Source: the human T2T-CHM13v2.0 reference genome, Homo sapiens
NCBI RefSeq assembly: GCF_009914755.1
Contig: NC_060927.1
Length of the DNA stretch: 64,000 nt
Reading direction: 5' to 3' (one strand)
Positions 15,569-29,833 of the stretch are shown here, one piece after another. Numbering within the stretch: the stretch's first letter is position 1; every line of letters begins with the position of its first letter. The notes under the pieces were generated by a model. It saw nothing but the letters and a program-made list of their open reading frames with translations. It did not search any database and was not told the DNA's origin. A program made the translations under genes and the position numbers.

Positions 15569-17370
15569 AGTAGTACATGTGGCAAATGCAAGCCTCAAAG
15601 GATTAGTGTGGAAGAACCTCAGGAAGAAACTGAGAGAGCAGTCAGAGAACTATTGTGACACAGGGGAGAAGGGAGTTTCAAGGAGACTGTTTCCAAGAGT
15701 TTGAATTGCAACAGAGACAGCAACAAGTATAATGTGTAAGGAAGTAAAATCTTTGGATTCGATGATACATTGGTCACTAATAACTGTCAGAGCACTTAGG
15801 GCAGAGGAATCTCAAACTGCAGATATGTGGGGGAAAAATGGAAAGTGAAGGGGAAACCTATGAGTATAGACTTATCTTTCCTGAAAAGTGATTGAGAAAA
15901 GACAGAAGTAGGAAACGGGATAATGAGCAAACTGGAAGAGAGATGAGTCTGTTTATATACTCAAAGCAGAAGAGGAATGGGAGAAATCAGAGTAGAGAGG
16001 AGAATAACTGAAGTGACGTTTCCAGGTAAATGAGGGAAGATGATATAGTGAGTGCAGATGGAGCAGATGATCTTGAAGGGGAAAAAGGTACCTTCCCTTC
16101 TGATATTTACAGTGCAGAAGATAAGGAGGGAAACAGATATAACTAATTTTGAAAGGAGGAAATGGGCATTGGAGGAAGTATCACTCTTAGACCCGGACAA
16201 TTGGGAAGTACTAACTTGGGCGTCTACAGATCCCAAGCTTTGGCATGCATTTCTCAAAATTTTCAAGTCCTCCACTAAGACTTGGAATTGATCAGAAACA
16301 GCAGTGCTTTCATCAGTAGGGTACCCTGGATCAGGACCCTGGGATAGTTCCACACTATCCCTTGTCAACAGAAGTATCTTCCTCAAAATTGTCTTAGATA
16401 CCTGGGACTGGAGATGGCAGTGCCATCTGAGAGGATGTGGATGGACCTTGGGCCCTATCTTTCCCCTTCAGGACACCCTCTGCTGCTTTGTTACTTGCAT
16501 GGGCTCTACCAAATGCCCCTAAGATGTTTGGAAATCATACCTATGGGATTGTCATTGGCCTGAAGTTAGTCCCAGATTTTAGGAGAGAGACTTAGTAAGC
16601 ACCTTGTTCTTGCTGGCTGGTGTAGTAACTTTCTTGTATGGGACTGTGTGAGAATGGGCTGCCAGAATGGCACTGGAATGGTGATTTTTGGTGACACTTG
16701 CTTGTGAGGATACAGTCAGCAATCAGCAACCAAGGGCTGTGGGGGTGGCAGCAGAGATCTTTTATCCTATACGCCTTTCACTTATGGCACTCAGGGAAGT
16801 CACCTTAACTTCTCTACAGGTGCCTTGTTCAAGCAGTCACTGGGAAATGGCTACACCTATCTTCTCTAAAGGCTTTTATGACCATTGCTCCTTAATACTA
16901 AAAGTTGCTTCCAGTCAACCCTTCTCTTGCCTCTCATTGATATGGTGACATTGTGCTCCCCTCAGTTGGTCTTCAGCTGTACTGGAAGAGAAACGAATAT
17001 TGCCTGCATGAAATGGACTGATCTGCTTGCTTCAACCAAGAGTCATTCACTTACCCTCCTCTCCTGTAGTGACATGTGGAAGGCAGGGTGTGGACATGCT
17101 GAAAGAGATCACATTCTTGAAATGCATTCATTATGGCCTAAAACATTCAAAAAAGGACATGATTGGAAGATGTCTTTTTCTATATTTATTTTAAAAGATT
17201 CTGAACAGTAAATTTAACATGACCAGAAAATGAATTATAGCAAGACTTGGATTTGTGGTCATCATCAACAAAGCAGAGTCAGAACTGTCAAGAGGGTCAT
17301 TGGAAGCTAATATTCATGGGTGGCACAATGGATGATGTAGCATCATGAGTAATGATGTAATGAGCATTAA

Positions 17371-17696
<326 letters not shown>

Positions 17697-17969
17697 CTCC
17701 TATTGTTTTAATACAGACATTGGATATTGTGATTAATAACGGTACTGCTACCTTTTACTAACGGTAGGAGATACAGAATTAACCAGAAATGGCTCATCTG
17801 ATAATAAAGAATATGAAGCCACAATTCCTGAACCATCTTTCTAGAGATGGTGTTGGACACTATGAAGAATCTTCACATGCACTGAATAGACAATAAATAA
17901 ATAAATAAATACACAAATGTCTCTTCTCTACCTACTATGCTAAGTCATCATAAATAATTGCCATAATTT

Positions 17970-18353
<384 letters not shown>

Positions 18354-19035
18354 TTATTTCCCCTGAGTCCTACATGCCCTATAGGCAGCCCCTGAATGAA
18401 GATAATTCACATTTCCTCATCTTAATTTTATCTATAAGGTGAGATTTAAGGTCATCAGCTACAAGTGAAAAGGGTGATGTTTTTGAAGAGGTGTGAAAAG
18501 AGTTGGTGAAGATTTAAAACAATCACTAATGAGAATGGGACACAGTTCTGTTTTGGACACATAAAATGAATAATGGCCAGTTTTAAGAACCTGGTTAAGT
18601 GTGAAGACCATGAATCTGTACTGAGCAGTCTATATATCTGAGGAATTTTATTCCAGCAATTTTCAACAAATCATGTATAAGAGTGGAAAAGACAGACAGT
18701 GAGATTAATTCTAGGCTTAGTACTGGCCAGATAGTTGTAGCAGAAAGACATGAATCCAAGGGTATTAAGAGAGATTTGGGTGATCTATCATGGGTTTCAG
18801 GATGAGTGGTGATGTAACGTAAGACAGAAGTAAACTAGTAGTTCTTGGAGACAAAACCCAGAGTTGAACCAAAGGTAAGGGATTTTTAGGATGATAAGAG
18901 AGCAAGAGGTATAGATGAGTCAGGTGCCAGCACCTTCTATAACTTTGACAAGAAACAGGGAGTTCAAGGTTGTATAAACAGACATCATAAACCTCCTAGG
19001 GGAAGCGTTTAGCCACAAAGATTGATGAGTAATGG

Positions 19036-19533
19036 TGCATTACTTTTCTATTGATGCTGTTACAAATCACAGATACTTAGAGGCTTGAAACAACACAAAC
19101 TTATTATCTGTAGTCAGAAGTTCAAAGTCAATTTCACTAGGCTAAAGTGAAGGTCTTATCAGAACTGCACTCCTTCTTGAGGCTCTAGGGGAAAATCTGT
19201 TTCCTTGCCTTTTCCACTTTGTAGAGGCCACCTGCATTTCTTGGCCCAAGGGCCTTTCTACCATTTTAAAAGTAGTATCCTTTCTCCTCTCTGATCTCTG
19301 CTTCTTTCCTTATAATTTCTTTCCCTCGAACTCTTATCTTTCTACTTCCCTCTTCTAAGGACCCCTGTGATTACAATGGACCCATCCAGATCACCCAAGA
19401 TAATCTCCCCCAGCTCAAGACCCATAGCTTCATACATGTGTAGTCTCTTTTATCATGTAAGGTAACATATTCACAGGTTATCAGGAATGGGATGAGAACA
19501 TCTTTGGGGGTGGACATCATTCAGCCTCCCACA
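19036..19533 (-). mobile_element. MLT1B/C-like (MaLR) solo LTR
   Basis: tg...ca termini and 5-bp TSD aatgg/aatag. Contains gaggcttgaaacaacacaaacttattatc and gaggctctaggggaaaatctgtttccttgcc. Confidence 0.85.
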
Positions 19534-20398
19534 AATAGTGTATTGAAAGAATGAATATTTCTGCTTGGAGTGCTCTGGGGGCATTTGTATTCACCAGACA
19601 GGGCAGGATTTTGCTAGGGCAAGAAAAAGGAAAATATATCCTATGTCAATGTTGAGCCCAATCACAGAACAGTGGAAGAGATTCAGCAACAGGAGTCTGT
19701 AATGGAAGCTTCCAGACAAAATGACTGGGCTTTATATTGTTTATTTAATCAGTAAAATAAAGTAAATTTGCAATGCCTGAGAAGTAGTTATTTTTTTCAT
19801 GTTTGCATTGTCTTTTTCATTTATAAAAAAGGGTGTTCCATTCTATGACAAGCTTCACACAATTGAAATTGAAAGCATTTCTATTTCCTTGAAAATGCAT
19901 GAATTTAGATTCTGAAACTCAAGAAAATTACATTATAGTGGAAGGCAATGTGTCTATACTTCATATATTGCATAATACTTATATTTCTTAGACTCATGCT
20001 GAATAGAATGAGAAAGTCAGTATCATTTATGTCAACCTTTAAATGGTACTTTTGCAAGAAAGTAACAAAAAAATAAAAAAACCAATATCCTAGAAAAATT
20101 CTGGATATTCTAGTTGCTGACTGAATAATGTCCATAATGGGCAAACTATTTCGATAAAGTTTACACTTTGTTATTATTTTATTTCTACACTCTCAAAATT
20201 TAATTTCCTTAGATAAATTGATCTGAGATATAATTACTGAAGAGCTGATGTCTGTTAGTACTGGTGACTTGAACAGTTAAAGACTCAGTGTGGCATAACT
20301 TCTGCCCCTTCTCATTGCTGGTCAAGGGTAAATTTTTTAAATCTTTTCCTTTAATTTTTATCAAAAGTGGTACCAGGTCCATTTGGGATGAAGCCTGC

Positions 20399-20726
<328 letters not shown>

Positions 20727-21478
20727 TGAAGCCTACTTAATATAACCTCGGTTTTAAGCTTTTCATCTCTTAGGCATTTAAAATCATTATTTCTTTTTTC
20801 TTTTTAGCTGAAAAAGTTAAAAAGAACGATGAGAGCAACCCCCCTGCTCTCATCGTTGAGTGAGCTATGAGATGGGAAGTTGTAGGGTAGCCTCTCACTG
20901 TTATTTCCAACCTGTGACCTAACCGTGAGAAGCACTTTCATCCGCAGTGCCAGTTTCATCTTCTCTATTAGCAAAACTTATAGGAAATAGTCTGAGTCTA
21001 CCTGCCCCTCTGGTACTGTCAAAGCATCAGTAATTTGTCTTTCAAAAAGACACAGGAGATGAATTTCTGTTTTCTTCTTCAATATAACTAAGAAAATGGA
21101 TATAGTATAAATCTAAAGAGCTTATCTTTTTCTTTCTGGCTTTTCCTATGCAGCTTTCTTTTTCACCTTATGTGCCTTGTAACCAAAATGTCAGAAAGTT
21201 TTCACTCGAATTTTACAAAGCTGTAAGTAACCTATAAATGTTGGGTAAATAAATTTTTTTCCAAGTATGAGACGGTCCATCAGATACTTCACCCACAATC
21301 TATAGGAAGTTAGTTTAAATCTGGGGTCTGGAGAGAGAAAGTATTGGGTCAGTAGGGTGATTTTATTATTTCACGGTGCATAACCAAAATGAAAATGAGA
21401 GCTTTCTTTGTTTTGGGTTGAGTTTTATCATCTTAGTATGGTGAGATTGACTATCCATTGATATTTGATAGATCGACT

Positions 21479-22870
21479 TTTCCATTGTCTGGGTGTGCTA
21501 CAGTTTATTTATCCATTTGCCTATGGAAGGACATCTTGGTTGCTTTCAAATTTTGGCAATTGTGAAGAAAGCTGCTATAAATAAAGCTACCAAAAAACTA
21601 TAGTAATCAAGATAAGGTGGTATTGGCAATAGTATAGGCAGATAAACAGAACATAATAGAGAACCAAGAAATAGAGTCACATAAATATAATCAATTGATC
21701 TTTGACAAAAGAGCAAAGGTAATGCAATGGAAAAAAAGGTTAGTCTTTTTAACAAATGGTGCTGGAAAAACTGGACAGCCATGGGCAAAACAAAACAAAA
21801 ACATCCAGACACAGACCTTATACTCTTCACAAAAATTAGCTCAAAATGGATCACAGACCTAAATGTCAAATAAAAAACTATAAAACTTGGGCTGGGCACG
21901 GTGGCTCACACCTGTAATCCCAGCACTTTGGGAGGCCAAGGCAGGCAGATCACGATGTCAAGAGATCGAGACCATCCTGGCCAACATGGCAAAACTCCAT
22001 CTCTACTAAAAATACAAAACTAAACTGGGTGTGGTGGTGCGTGTCTGTAGTCTCAGCTACTCGGGAGGCTGAGGCAGGAAAATCACTTGAACCTGGGAGG
22101 TGGAGGTTGCAGTGAGCCGAGATCGTACTACTGCACTCCAGCCTGGCGATAGAGTGAGACTCTGTCTCAAAATAAAACAAAATAAAAGACAAAAAACAAA
22201 ACTGTGAAACTCCTAGAAGATAACACTGGAGAAAATCTAATCCAAATCCTTGGGTTTGATGATCAATTTTAGATATAACACCAAGGGCACAACTCTTAAG
22301 AGAAAAAATTGATACATTGGACTTCATTAAAATTAAAAATGTCTGCCTCATGAAATACATTGGCAAGAGAATGTAAAGACAAGCCAGAGACTGGGATAAA
22401 ATATTTGATAAAGGACTCTTATCCAAAACATACAAAGAATTCTCAAAACTCAAAAATAAGAAACTTAACAACCTAATTTTTAAAAGGCCCAAAGATCTTA
22501 AAAGACTCTTCACCAAAGAAGATACACAGGTAGCCAAGTAATTACATGAAAATATGTTCCAACTTATATATCACCAGGGAAATGCAAATTAAAACAACAG
22601 TGAGATATCCTACACACCTATTAAAATGACCAAAATCTAGAACATTGATAATATCAAATGGTGACAAGGATGTGGAGCAACAGGTACTCTCATTTACTGA
22701 CAGTAGAAATGCAAAATGACATAGCCACTTTGGAAGACAGTTTGGTAGTTTCTTACAAGATATATTAATATACCTTTACCTATAACCCAACAATTGTGCT
22801 TTTTGGTATTCACCCAAAGGAGTTGAAAGCTCATGTCTATACAAAAGCCAACACATGAATGTTTATGCCA
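21479..22870. mobile_element. Old L1M (L1MC-like) in two oppositely oriented pieces: 21479-21582 minus, 21583-22866 plus
   Basis: The plus piece carries the ORF2 end (aacaaatggtgctggaaaaactgg). The minus piece continues from the point where the plus piece ends. Confidence 0.8.
21890..22198 (+). mobile_element. AluSc-like element inside L1M
   Basis: gtcaagagatcgagaccatcctggccaac. TSD aaaactataaaact / aaaactgtgaaact. Confidence 0.94.
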
Positions 22871-23801
22871 ACCAGCATTTTTTAATAAAATAAAATAGAA
22901 ATATCTAGAAATGTTTAAAATAGTAAAAGTGTACATTGTTCCCTGGCATTTCGTTTCAGAGGCAGTAGGTAAGTTTGCATGTATGTGTGTGCACTGTAAA
23001 ATCATATGTTTAAAATAAATTTTAAACATATGATTACTTTAACACATTGGGGTTTCTTGGGAAAATATTTCAATGGTATTTTCTTTGTACAGGTAAACTC
23101 TGAGTAGACTGCATGAGGAATGAGTATCATGAATTGACACTGAATAAACAGGATCCATCTTGTTAAAATTCCTATCTAGGTATGAGATGAAAACTGCAGA
23201 CAACACCCCAGAGACATCGTTGGAATACACTTGTGAGCTATACACAACATGAAATTGTCCCTATAACTTTCTGTGTCCTATTGCCAGTCTGTTTTCTCTA
23301 GCAACTCTTTTCTCAACCTCAAGATTAACACACAATGCAAATATTTATATAAATAAAGAGCAATATATTTAGTCATTTAATAACAATGATATATTTCATT
23401 GAATAGTAAGTTCTCCTGTTGTTGCTAATAAATGTAGTTTTAAGAATTTAATCAAAATAGATTAGTTATTTAAAAGTCATTCTTCAAATACAAGAATGAC
23501 TTTTAAGAGAGAAGTGAGTTAAAAGATGCTGTCTCTTCATCACTAGGTCCCAGACCCCTTGGAATAGAAACCCAGATTCTGGCACAAGGTGCAAATCAAG
23601 TTTTTGTCCTGGAAGAAGAATAAAAAAAGGCCTTTCCCTCTAATTTGGGAGGATACAAATACATCATCACAATCCAAACAGTCAAATTAGTGGGAGAGAA
23701 AGTAAGATGCTGACCCTGACACACAATTGGGCAATTTACTACTCCAAAATTAGCCTTCTCTATTGCTGTTTCACAAACAAAACTTCTTTAAAAAAATTCT
23801 T

Positions 23802-24167
<366 letters not shown>

Positions 24168-24611
24168 TTAAGACTGGAAATTTAAATAGATGCTTAAGGA
24201 ACTGCAAATAATTTTTTTAAAATGGATTTAAAAATTGTTCAGGTATAATAATCTGAGTCATTAACAGTAATAAACTAAGTAAAAGTAATTTTAATGTGCT
24301 AAATGTATTACCTTAACTAATTAGTATACTCAGAATAATTTTATATTGAGAAGTCTAATTCAATGTCTTAGTGAATATTTTAACAGTAGTAGTATATGAT
24401 AATCCCTAATAAAATTACCATTTAAGTTGAGTCCTGAACAAAAGTGAGTATTATGACATTCTTGTTGCTTTTGTGTGGACTTATAATTTTAAAATACCAT
24501 AGAAAATGGGTAGTGACAAGGAGAGTAGCTTCTAGAGAAGAAAAAGACAGAGGATATCACGAGAAAGATATCCTTCAAAAATTTTTTAAATTAGATTTTC
24601 AAGTTTAATTT

Positions 24612-25108
24612 TGAAACTGACTCAATTGTTTCATAGAAATGATGTTTATGGTTTTTTTTTTAATAAACATAGAAATTGACCCTCCCAGTCTTAAAACTTA
24701 AGAAATTACATCTGTCTTGTCTGAGTTCCTTTTTCTGAAAAACAACCATCAGGACTCTCAAAGAGTATCAAGGAAGTGAAACTTGAACCAGATCACCACA
24801 TCTGGACAATGAGATGTCAGACCCCTCACCTGTCATAATTGCCTAAGTGACCACTGCTTCCTGTTGTCCAACTCATCTTCCTTATTCCTCCCTAATTCCT
24901 GTTTTCCTGCATGTAGTACATTACTTCCCTGCTATATAAATCCCTAATTTTTAATTGGTTGAGGATATGGATTTGAGACTGATCTGTTCTCCTCAGCTGC
25001 AGTACCCAAATAAAGAGTTCTTCCTTGGCAATACTTGCTGTCTCAGCGACTGGCTTTCTGTGCAGCAAGCAACAGGACCGAGACCAGCTCCCTGGCATTT
25101 TGGTAACA
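24612..25108 (+). mobile_element. Solo LTR (LTR47-like; family assignment tentative)
   Basis: tg...ca termini flanked by attt. TATA-like gctatataaa at ~24931 and aataaa at ~25009. Confidence 0.75.
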
Positions 25109-25956
25109 ATTTTATCTAAAATGTTTACATGTTGGGTGAGCAAAATGGGCATTTCTTCATCACATTTAAATCATATACAGTCTCCCAACAAAATGACTTA
25201 AGCCTTGGGATTGTTCATCTTTGTGTTCACATTTTCCAAAGATTTTTATCTGGCTCTATTACTGAAAATGCTTTGAGTAAATTTATTTCTCTCAAAGTAA
25301 AGGGAGGAAAAAAATAATTATGATCATTTATCTGTTCTTTGGAGACTGAACCTAAGGGTAAAGCACAGTGGAAATCACCATAACAAGTATAAACACTTTC
25401 CAGAGGACCAAATGATTCTCTTTCTCCCTGCTGAATTCTCCACTGCCCTGATCCATCAGACCTGACAATGTAGAAGCAAAGCTACAAGCATGTGGGCAGA
25501 ACTGCCCACTCAGAGGCAGCCTTCACACTCTACTGTGTATCTTGCTGGCTAAGTGTAGCTCTCCTTTGCCTGTACTGTGTGTAATGAGCCTTTTACCCAC
25601 CATACCTTCTCTTTACCTTCTGGAGTAGGTTACTTGTATCAGTAGTCCACAGTCAGACATACTGCACCGTCAATGAATCCACATCCTGTTGATACCAAGT
25701 ATGTGAAAGACTCAGTGCTGAAGCTTTCAGGAAGAACACCAGAGTCAATGATAAGGAATATTTATTGAGCTGTTACTACGTACTAGACTCTAAGGTGGGA
25801 GCTTTACATGCATTCATTCATTTAATACTGCCAGCCATCCAATATACAATTGAACCAGTTTTGTAATAACATAATGCTGAGAAACAGAGGCTCAGATAGG
25901 GAAAGTTTACCTCAAAGAGCTAGAAATAGGTAAAGTCTAGGTTTGAATGTAGACAG

Positions 25957-26319
25957 TATATTAGCCCATTTTCATACTGCTATGAAGAAATATTTGAGAC
26001 TGGCTAATTTATAAAGAAAAAGAAGTTTAATGAACTCATGGTTCCACATGGCTGGGGAGGCTTCACAATCATAGTGAAAGGTGAAAGAGGAGCAAAGGTA
26101 CATCTTACAAGGCTGCAGGCAAGAGAGTGTGTGCAGGGGAATTGCCCTTTATAAAACCATCAGATCTCGTGAGACTTATTCACTATCATGAAAGCAGCAT
26201 GGGAAAAACCCACCCCCATGATTCAATTGCCTCCTATCAGTTCCCTCCAATGACACATGGAGATTATGGTAGCTACAATTAAAGATGAGATTTGGGTGGG
26301 GACACAGCCAACCATATCA
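25957..26319 (-). mobile_element. THE1 (MaLR) solo LTR inserted in a MIR (MIR ~25750-26370)
   Basis: ccacatggctggggaggcttcacaatc...aaaaccatcagatctcgtgagacttattcactatc...gatttgggtggggacacagccaaccatatca. TSD gacag/gatag. Confidence 0.93.
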
Positions 26320-26703
26320 GATAGTATGACAGAGTATATGGTCTTAACCACTACTCTGTACTATCTCACTGTAAAGAAGAGAAAGAAAAAATATCTAATG
26401 CTGTGTAATTTTTAAATTATAATGACACAAATAAATGTGACGAAGAATGTCCAATTATCCACAGTAAAATTTGGAAAACACCATGAAATGCTGGTGCAGG
26501 AGCTGAGAAGTTACAGTGCAATTTCTTGTTTCTCCTACTTTGTGCTGGGACAAGGCTGTATCCCATTCTGGATCTGTTCAAAGAATGGTAAGAGAAAAAA
26601 GGAAGTTGAACATGGGTCTATGGAAACAAAGAATCAGACCCAAAGATACTTCAGATACCAAAATCAACCAAAAATATATTCAATGTGTTTAATATAATGC
26701 TAT

Positions 26704-27318
26704 TGAGGGATAAGAAAAGGAAAAATCAGCTAGGTAGACAGCTAGGGCTAGTCCTCAGAGAAGCAGCCTGCCTGAATAATCACAGCTATAGGCAAAAATA
26801 AAGCAAGCAGGGTAAAACTCAGACTACAGATGCACAGATAGGGTGTAGCATAGAAGCATTTTGTTCTTTGTGTGACTAGCTGACTCACAGGAAAAGTTTC
26901 CCCCACTTTTCAGACATGTACATGGTGGGCTCCATGGGAGCTTCATGGGGAGGGGAAGGGGGGCTTACATAAAACAAACCCACAATTATAAACAAGAGAA
27001 GCTGCACTCTGTGCTTACCTAGAGACATACCCACAACTACATAGATAAGAGGGAGTTATTCAGACAGCTTTACAGTTAAGAGAAGTTACTCAAACAGCTA
27101 CAGAGATTAGAGGAGTTTCTTATAAAAGCTTTTAAATTCAACTGTAAAAGTGGCAACCCACTCAGGCTCCCTCTCTGCTGCAGAGAGCTTTCTTTCACTT
27201 ATTAAACTTTTGCTCCAACCTCAACCTTTGTGTCCACACTCCATAATTCTCTTGGTTGTGAGATAATGAGCTTGGATAACATCTCAGAAATCAAGACCAT
27301 TGACCCTGACCCATTTCA
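26704..27318 (+). mobile_element. ERV1-class solo LTR (MER50-like, tentative)
   Basis: tg...ca termini with a perfect 4-bp TSD ctat. TATA-like cttataaaa at ~27120 and attaaa poly(A) signal at ~27201. Confidence 0.85.
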
Positions 27319-28222
27319 CTATTACATTATAATATTATAATACTATTGTATTGTATTAAACATATTGTATATAATATTTAATACATTAAAAGAAATAATT
27401 CTAAGTATGGATTAGGAACAAGATACTATCAAATATAACTGGATAAATCTTAAAAATTGTCACATAGAACTTATGTAAATTTTAAAAATATTAGCATGGA
27501 GCTTGACACGCAGATTCTAAAATACATAGAGAAGAGCAAAGGCCCAAAATTCACTATGATACTCTTCAGGTAGAATATTTGAGAAATTAGAAAATATCAA
27601 TATGTATTAAAAAGCTCTAGTATTTAAAATGTGTGGCATTGTTACAGAGGTAGACAGACCTAGGCAATTGAACAGAAAACAGACATACAAATCCATTCAT
27701 GTGTGACATCTTAATATGACAGTGATGAATTGCTTATCAGAAGGGGTAAGAATCCTATTCAGTAATTGCTGAGGGGATAATTGATTACTTTATAACATGC
27801 ACAAAAATCAATTCTTGATGGATTCATGATTTAAATAGGAAAGCCAAAATTTTAAGACTTTAGTAAACATTGAAGGACAGATTTATCACCTTGCAGAAAA
27901 AAATTATTTCTTATTCAAGACACAAACAGGGCAATCGTTTTTTACAAGTTTGATCAATTTTACTAAATAAAATTAGAATTTTCTGTCTACCAAAAGACAC
28001 CACAAGGTAAATGATAAAAGCCAAAAACTGGTAGAATATGTTTGTGATGCATGTAAACAAAAGGATACATAGTCAAAACATGCATGTAACTGAAAAGAAG
28101 CAAGAAAAAGACAAATAGTCCAACATAAAAATGAGCAAAATCTATAAACAAACATTTCACAAAAGGGCAAAACTCAAGCAGCTCATACTCATATTAAAGG
28201 CACTCAATATCATTAGGACTCA

Positions 28223-28560
28223 GAAAATGAATATGAAAAAATAAATTTCACACTCACATATTATCAAATATAAAAGTTTTGCAATACAAGGAGCCATGTA
28301 CAGTGGCACATTCCTGTCATCTCAGCTACTTGGGAGGCTGAGGCAGGAGGAGCACTTGAGCTCAGGAGTTTGAGGCTGTGGTCAGCTACATGAATGAAAA
28401 TGAATATGAAAAAATAAATTTCACACTCACATATTATCAAATATAAATTTTTGCAATACAAGGAGCCATGTACAGTGGCACATTCCTGTCATCTCAGCTA
28501 CTTGGGAGGCTGAGGCAGGAGGAGCACTTGAGCTCAGGAGTTTGAGGCTGTGGTCAGCTA
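28223..28560 (+). repeat. ~166-bp near-perfect tandem duplication
   Basis: 28223-28388 and 28396-28560 differ only around atataaaagtttt / atataaattttt. Confidence 0.97.
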
Positions 28561-28622
28561 TAATCACACTGTGAATAGCCACTGCACTCCAGCCTGTGCA
28601 ACATGGTGAAACCCTGTCTCTA
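28463..28622 (+). mobile_element. FAM (fossil Alu monomer); its 5' ~100 bp is duplicated at 28291-28388
   Basis: Monomer with the 7SL-derived gtgaatagccactgcactccagcctg segment characteristic of FAM. Confidence 0.85.
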
Positions 28623-28796
28623 ATTTTTTTTTAAAAGTTTCATAATACCAAGTGTTGGGGAAGATAAGATGTGCAGCAATTGAGACATATGAACAAATGG
28701 TGCGACTGTAAACTAGTACAATCACTTCGAAAAAACAATTGACATTACCTACTAAAATTAATCATAAGTATACTCCATATCCCATGGATTCAACTC

Positions 28797-28882
28797 ATAT
28801 ATATATCTATACACATATATATGAGTCAAATATATACATTCTAGTACATATATATATGTGTTTATATATATATATATGTCCT

Positions 28883-28920
<38 letters not shown>
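28797..28920. repeat. (TA)n-rich microsatellite
   Basis: Seen directly in the sequence. Confidence 0.9.
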
Positions 28921-28922
<2 letters not shown>

Positions 28923-29348
28923 CTAGAAAAGCTCTTATGCATGAGCAAGAGGAGACATGTAAAGAAATGTTAATAATAATAAAATTTTATGGTATTAGGA
29001 AAAAAACCCAAAACCTGGGAATAAACAAAACATCATTGATTGGAGAATAGATATATGAGCATTATATTTATTCAACGGAAAATTGTCATTTGAAATGAAT
29101 TAGCTAGAGCAATGCTCATCAACATAGATGATCCTCACAAATGCAGTGATGTTACATAGATATAAACTTCATAAATATTCAGAACTATACTCTTAGAAGT
29201 ACATGCATACTTATTAAAAGTAAATGAAAACCAAATGGGTTACAAACACAAAATCCAGGGTAGCAGTTGGGAGAGAAGCAGGCATCTATGATTGGGAAGG
29301 GAACACTGGGGACTTGAGAGTTCTTAATATAGGTGGTAACACCCTTTC

Positions 29349-29833
29349 AATGGCTGTTTTATGTGTTAGCTTTACTGGGCCATGGGATGGCCAGATAGCT
29401 GGTTAAACATTATTCTTGGGAGTGTGGAGAGTCTATTGGAAGAGATTAGCATTCAAACTGGTGGACTGAGTAAAGCAAATAGTCCTCCCCAATGGGAATA
29501 GGCATTACTCAATCTATTGACAGCCTGAATAGAACAAAAAGGTAGAAGAAGTTTTAATTTGCTCTTGGCCTGACTGCTTAAACTGGAACATACATCTTCT
29601 TATGAACAAGGAGCTCCTGGTTCTCAAGCCTTTAGACCTGGACTGGAATCTACACCACTGGCTCTCTGGCCTTCTAACTGCACCACCAGATTACCTGAGT
29701 CTCCAGCTTGCAGATGGTAAGTTGTGGGATTTCTCAATCTTCACAATTACGTGAGCCAATATCTTACAATAGATATCTCTCTGTCTCTCTCTCCCTCTCT
29801 CTTGGTTCTTTGTCTCTGGAGAACTCTAATATA
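29349..29833 (+). mobile_element. MLT2 (ERVL) LTR
   Basis: ttttatgtgttagctttactgggccatggg...cagatagctggttaaacattattc...ctggagaactctaatata. Confidence 0.85.

Larger units (their letters stand above)
27400..29330 (+). mobile_element. Ancient L1ME-like fragment interrupted by the FAM duplication and a (TA)n repeat
   Basis: Degenerate ORF2 end and 3' UTR motifs (caccacaaggtaaatgataaaagcc, gtaaactagtacaatcacttcgaaaaac). Confidence 0.65.

Noticed and set aside
15961-17211. Cluster of overlapping 70-140 aa ORFs
   Set aside because: No recognisable domain or splice structure. Partly L2-like purine-rich relic; lengths are compatible with chance.
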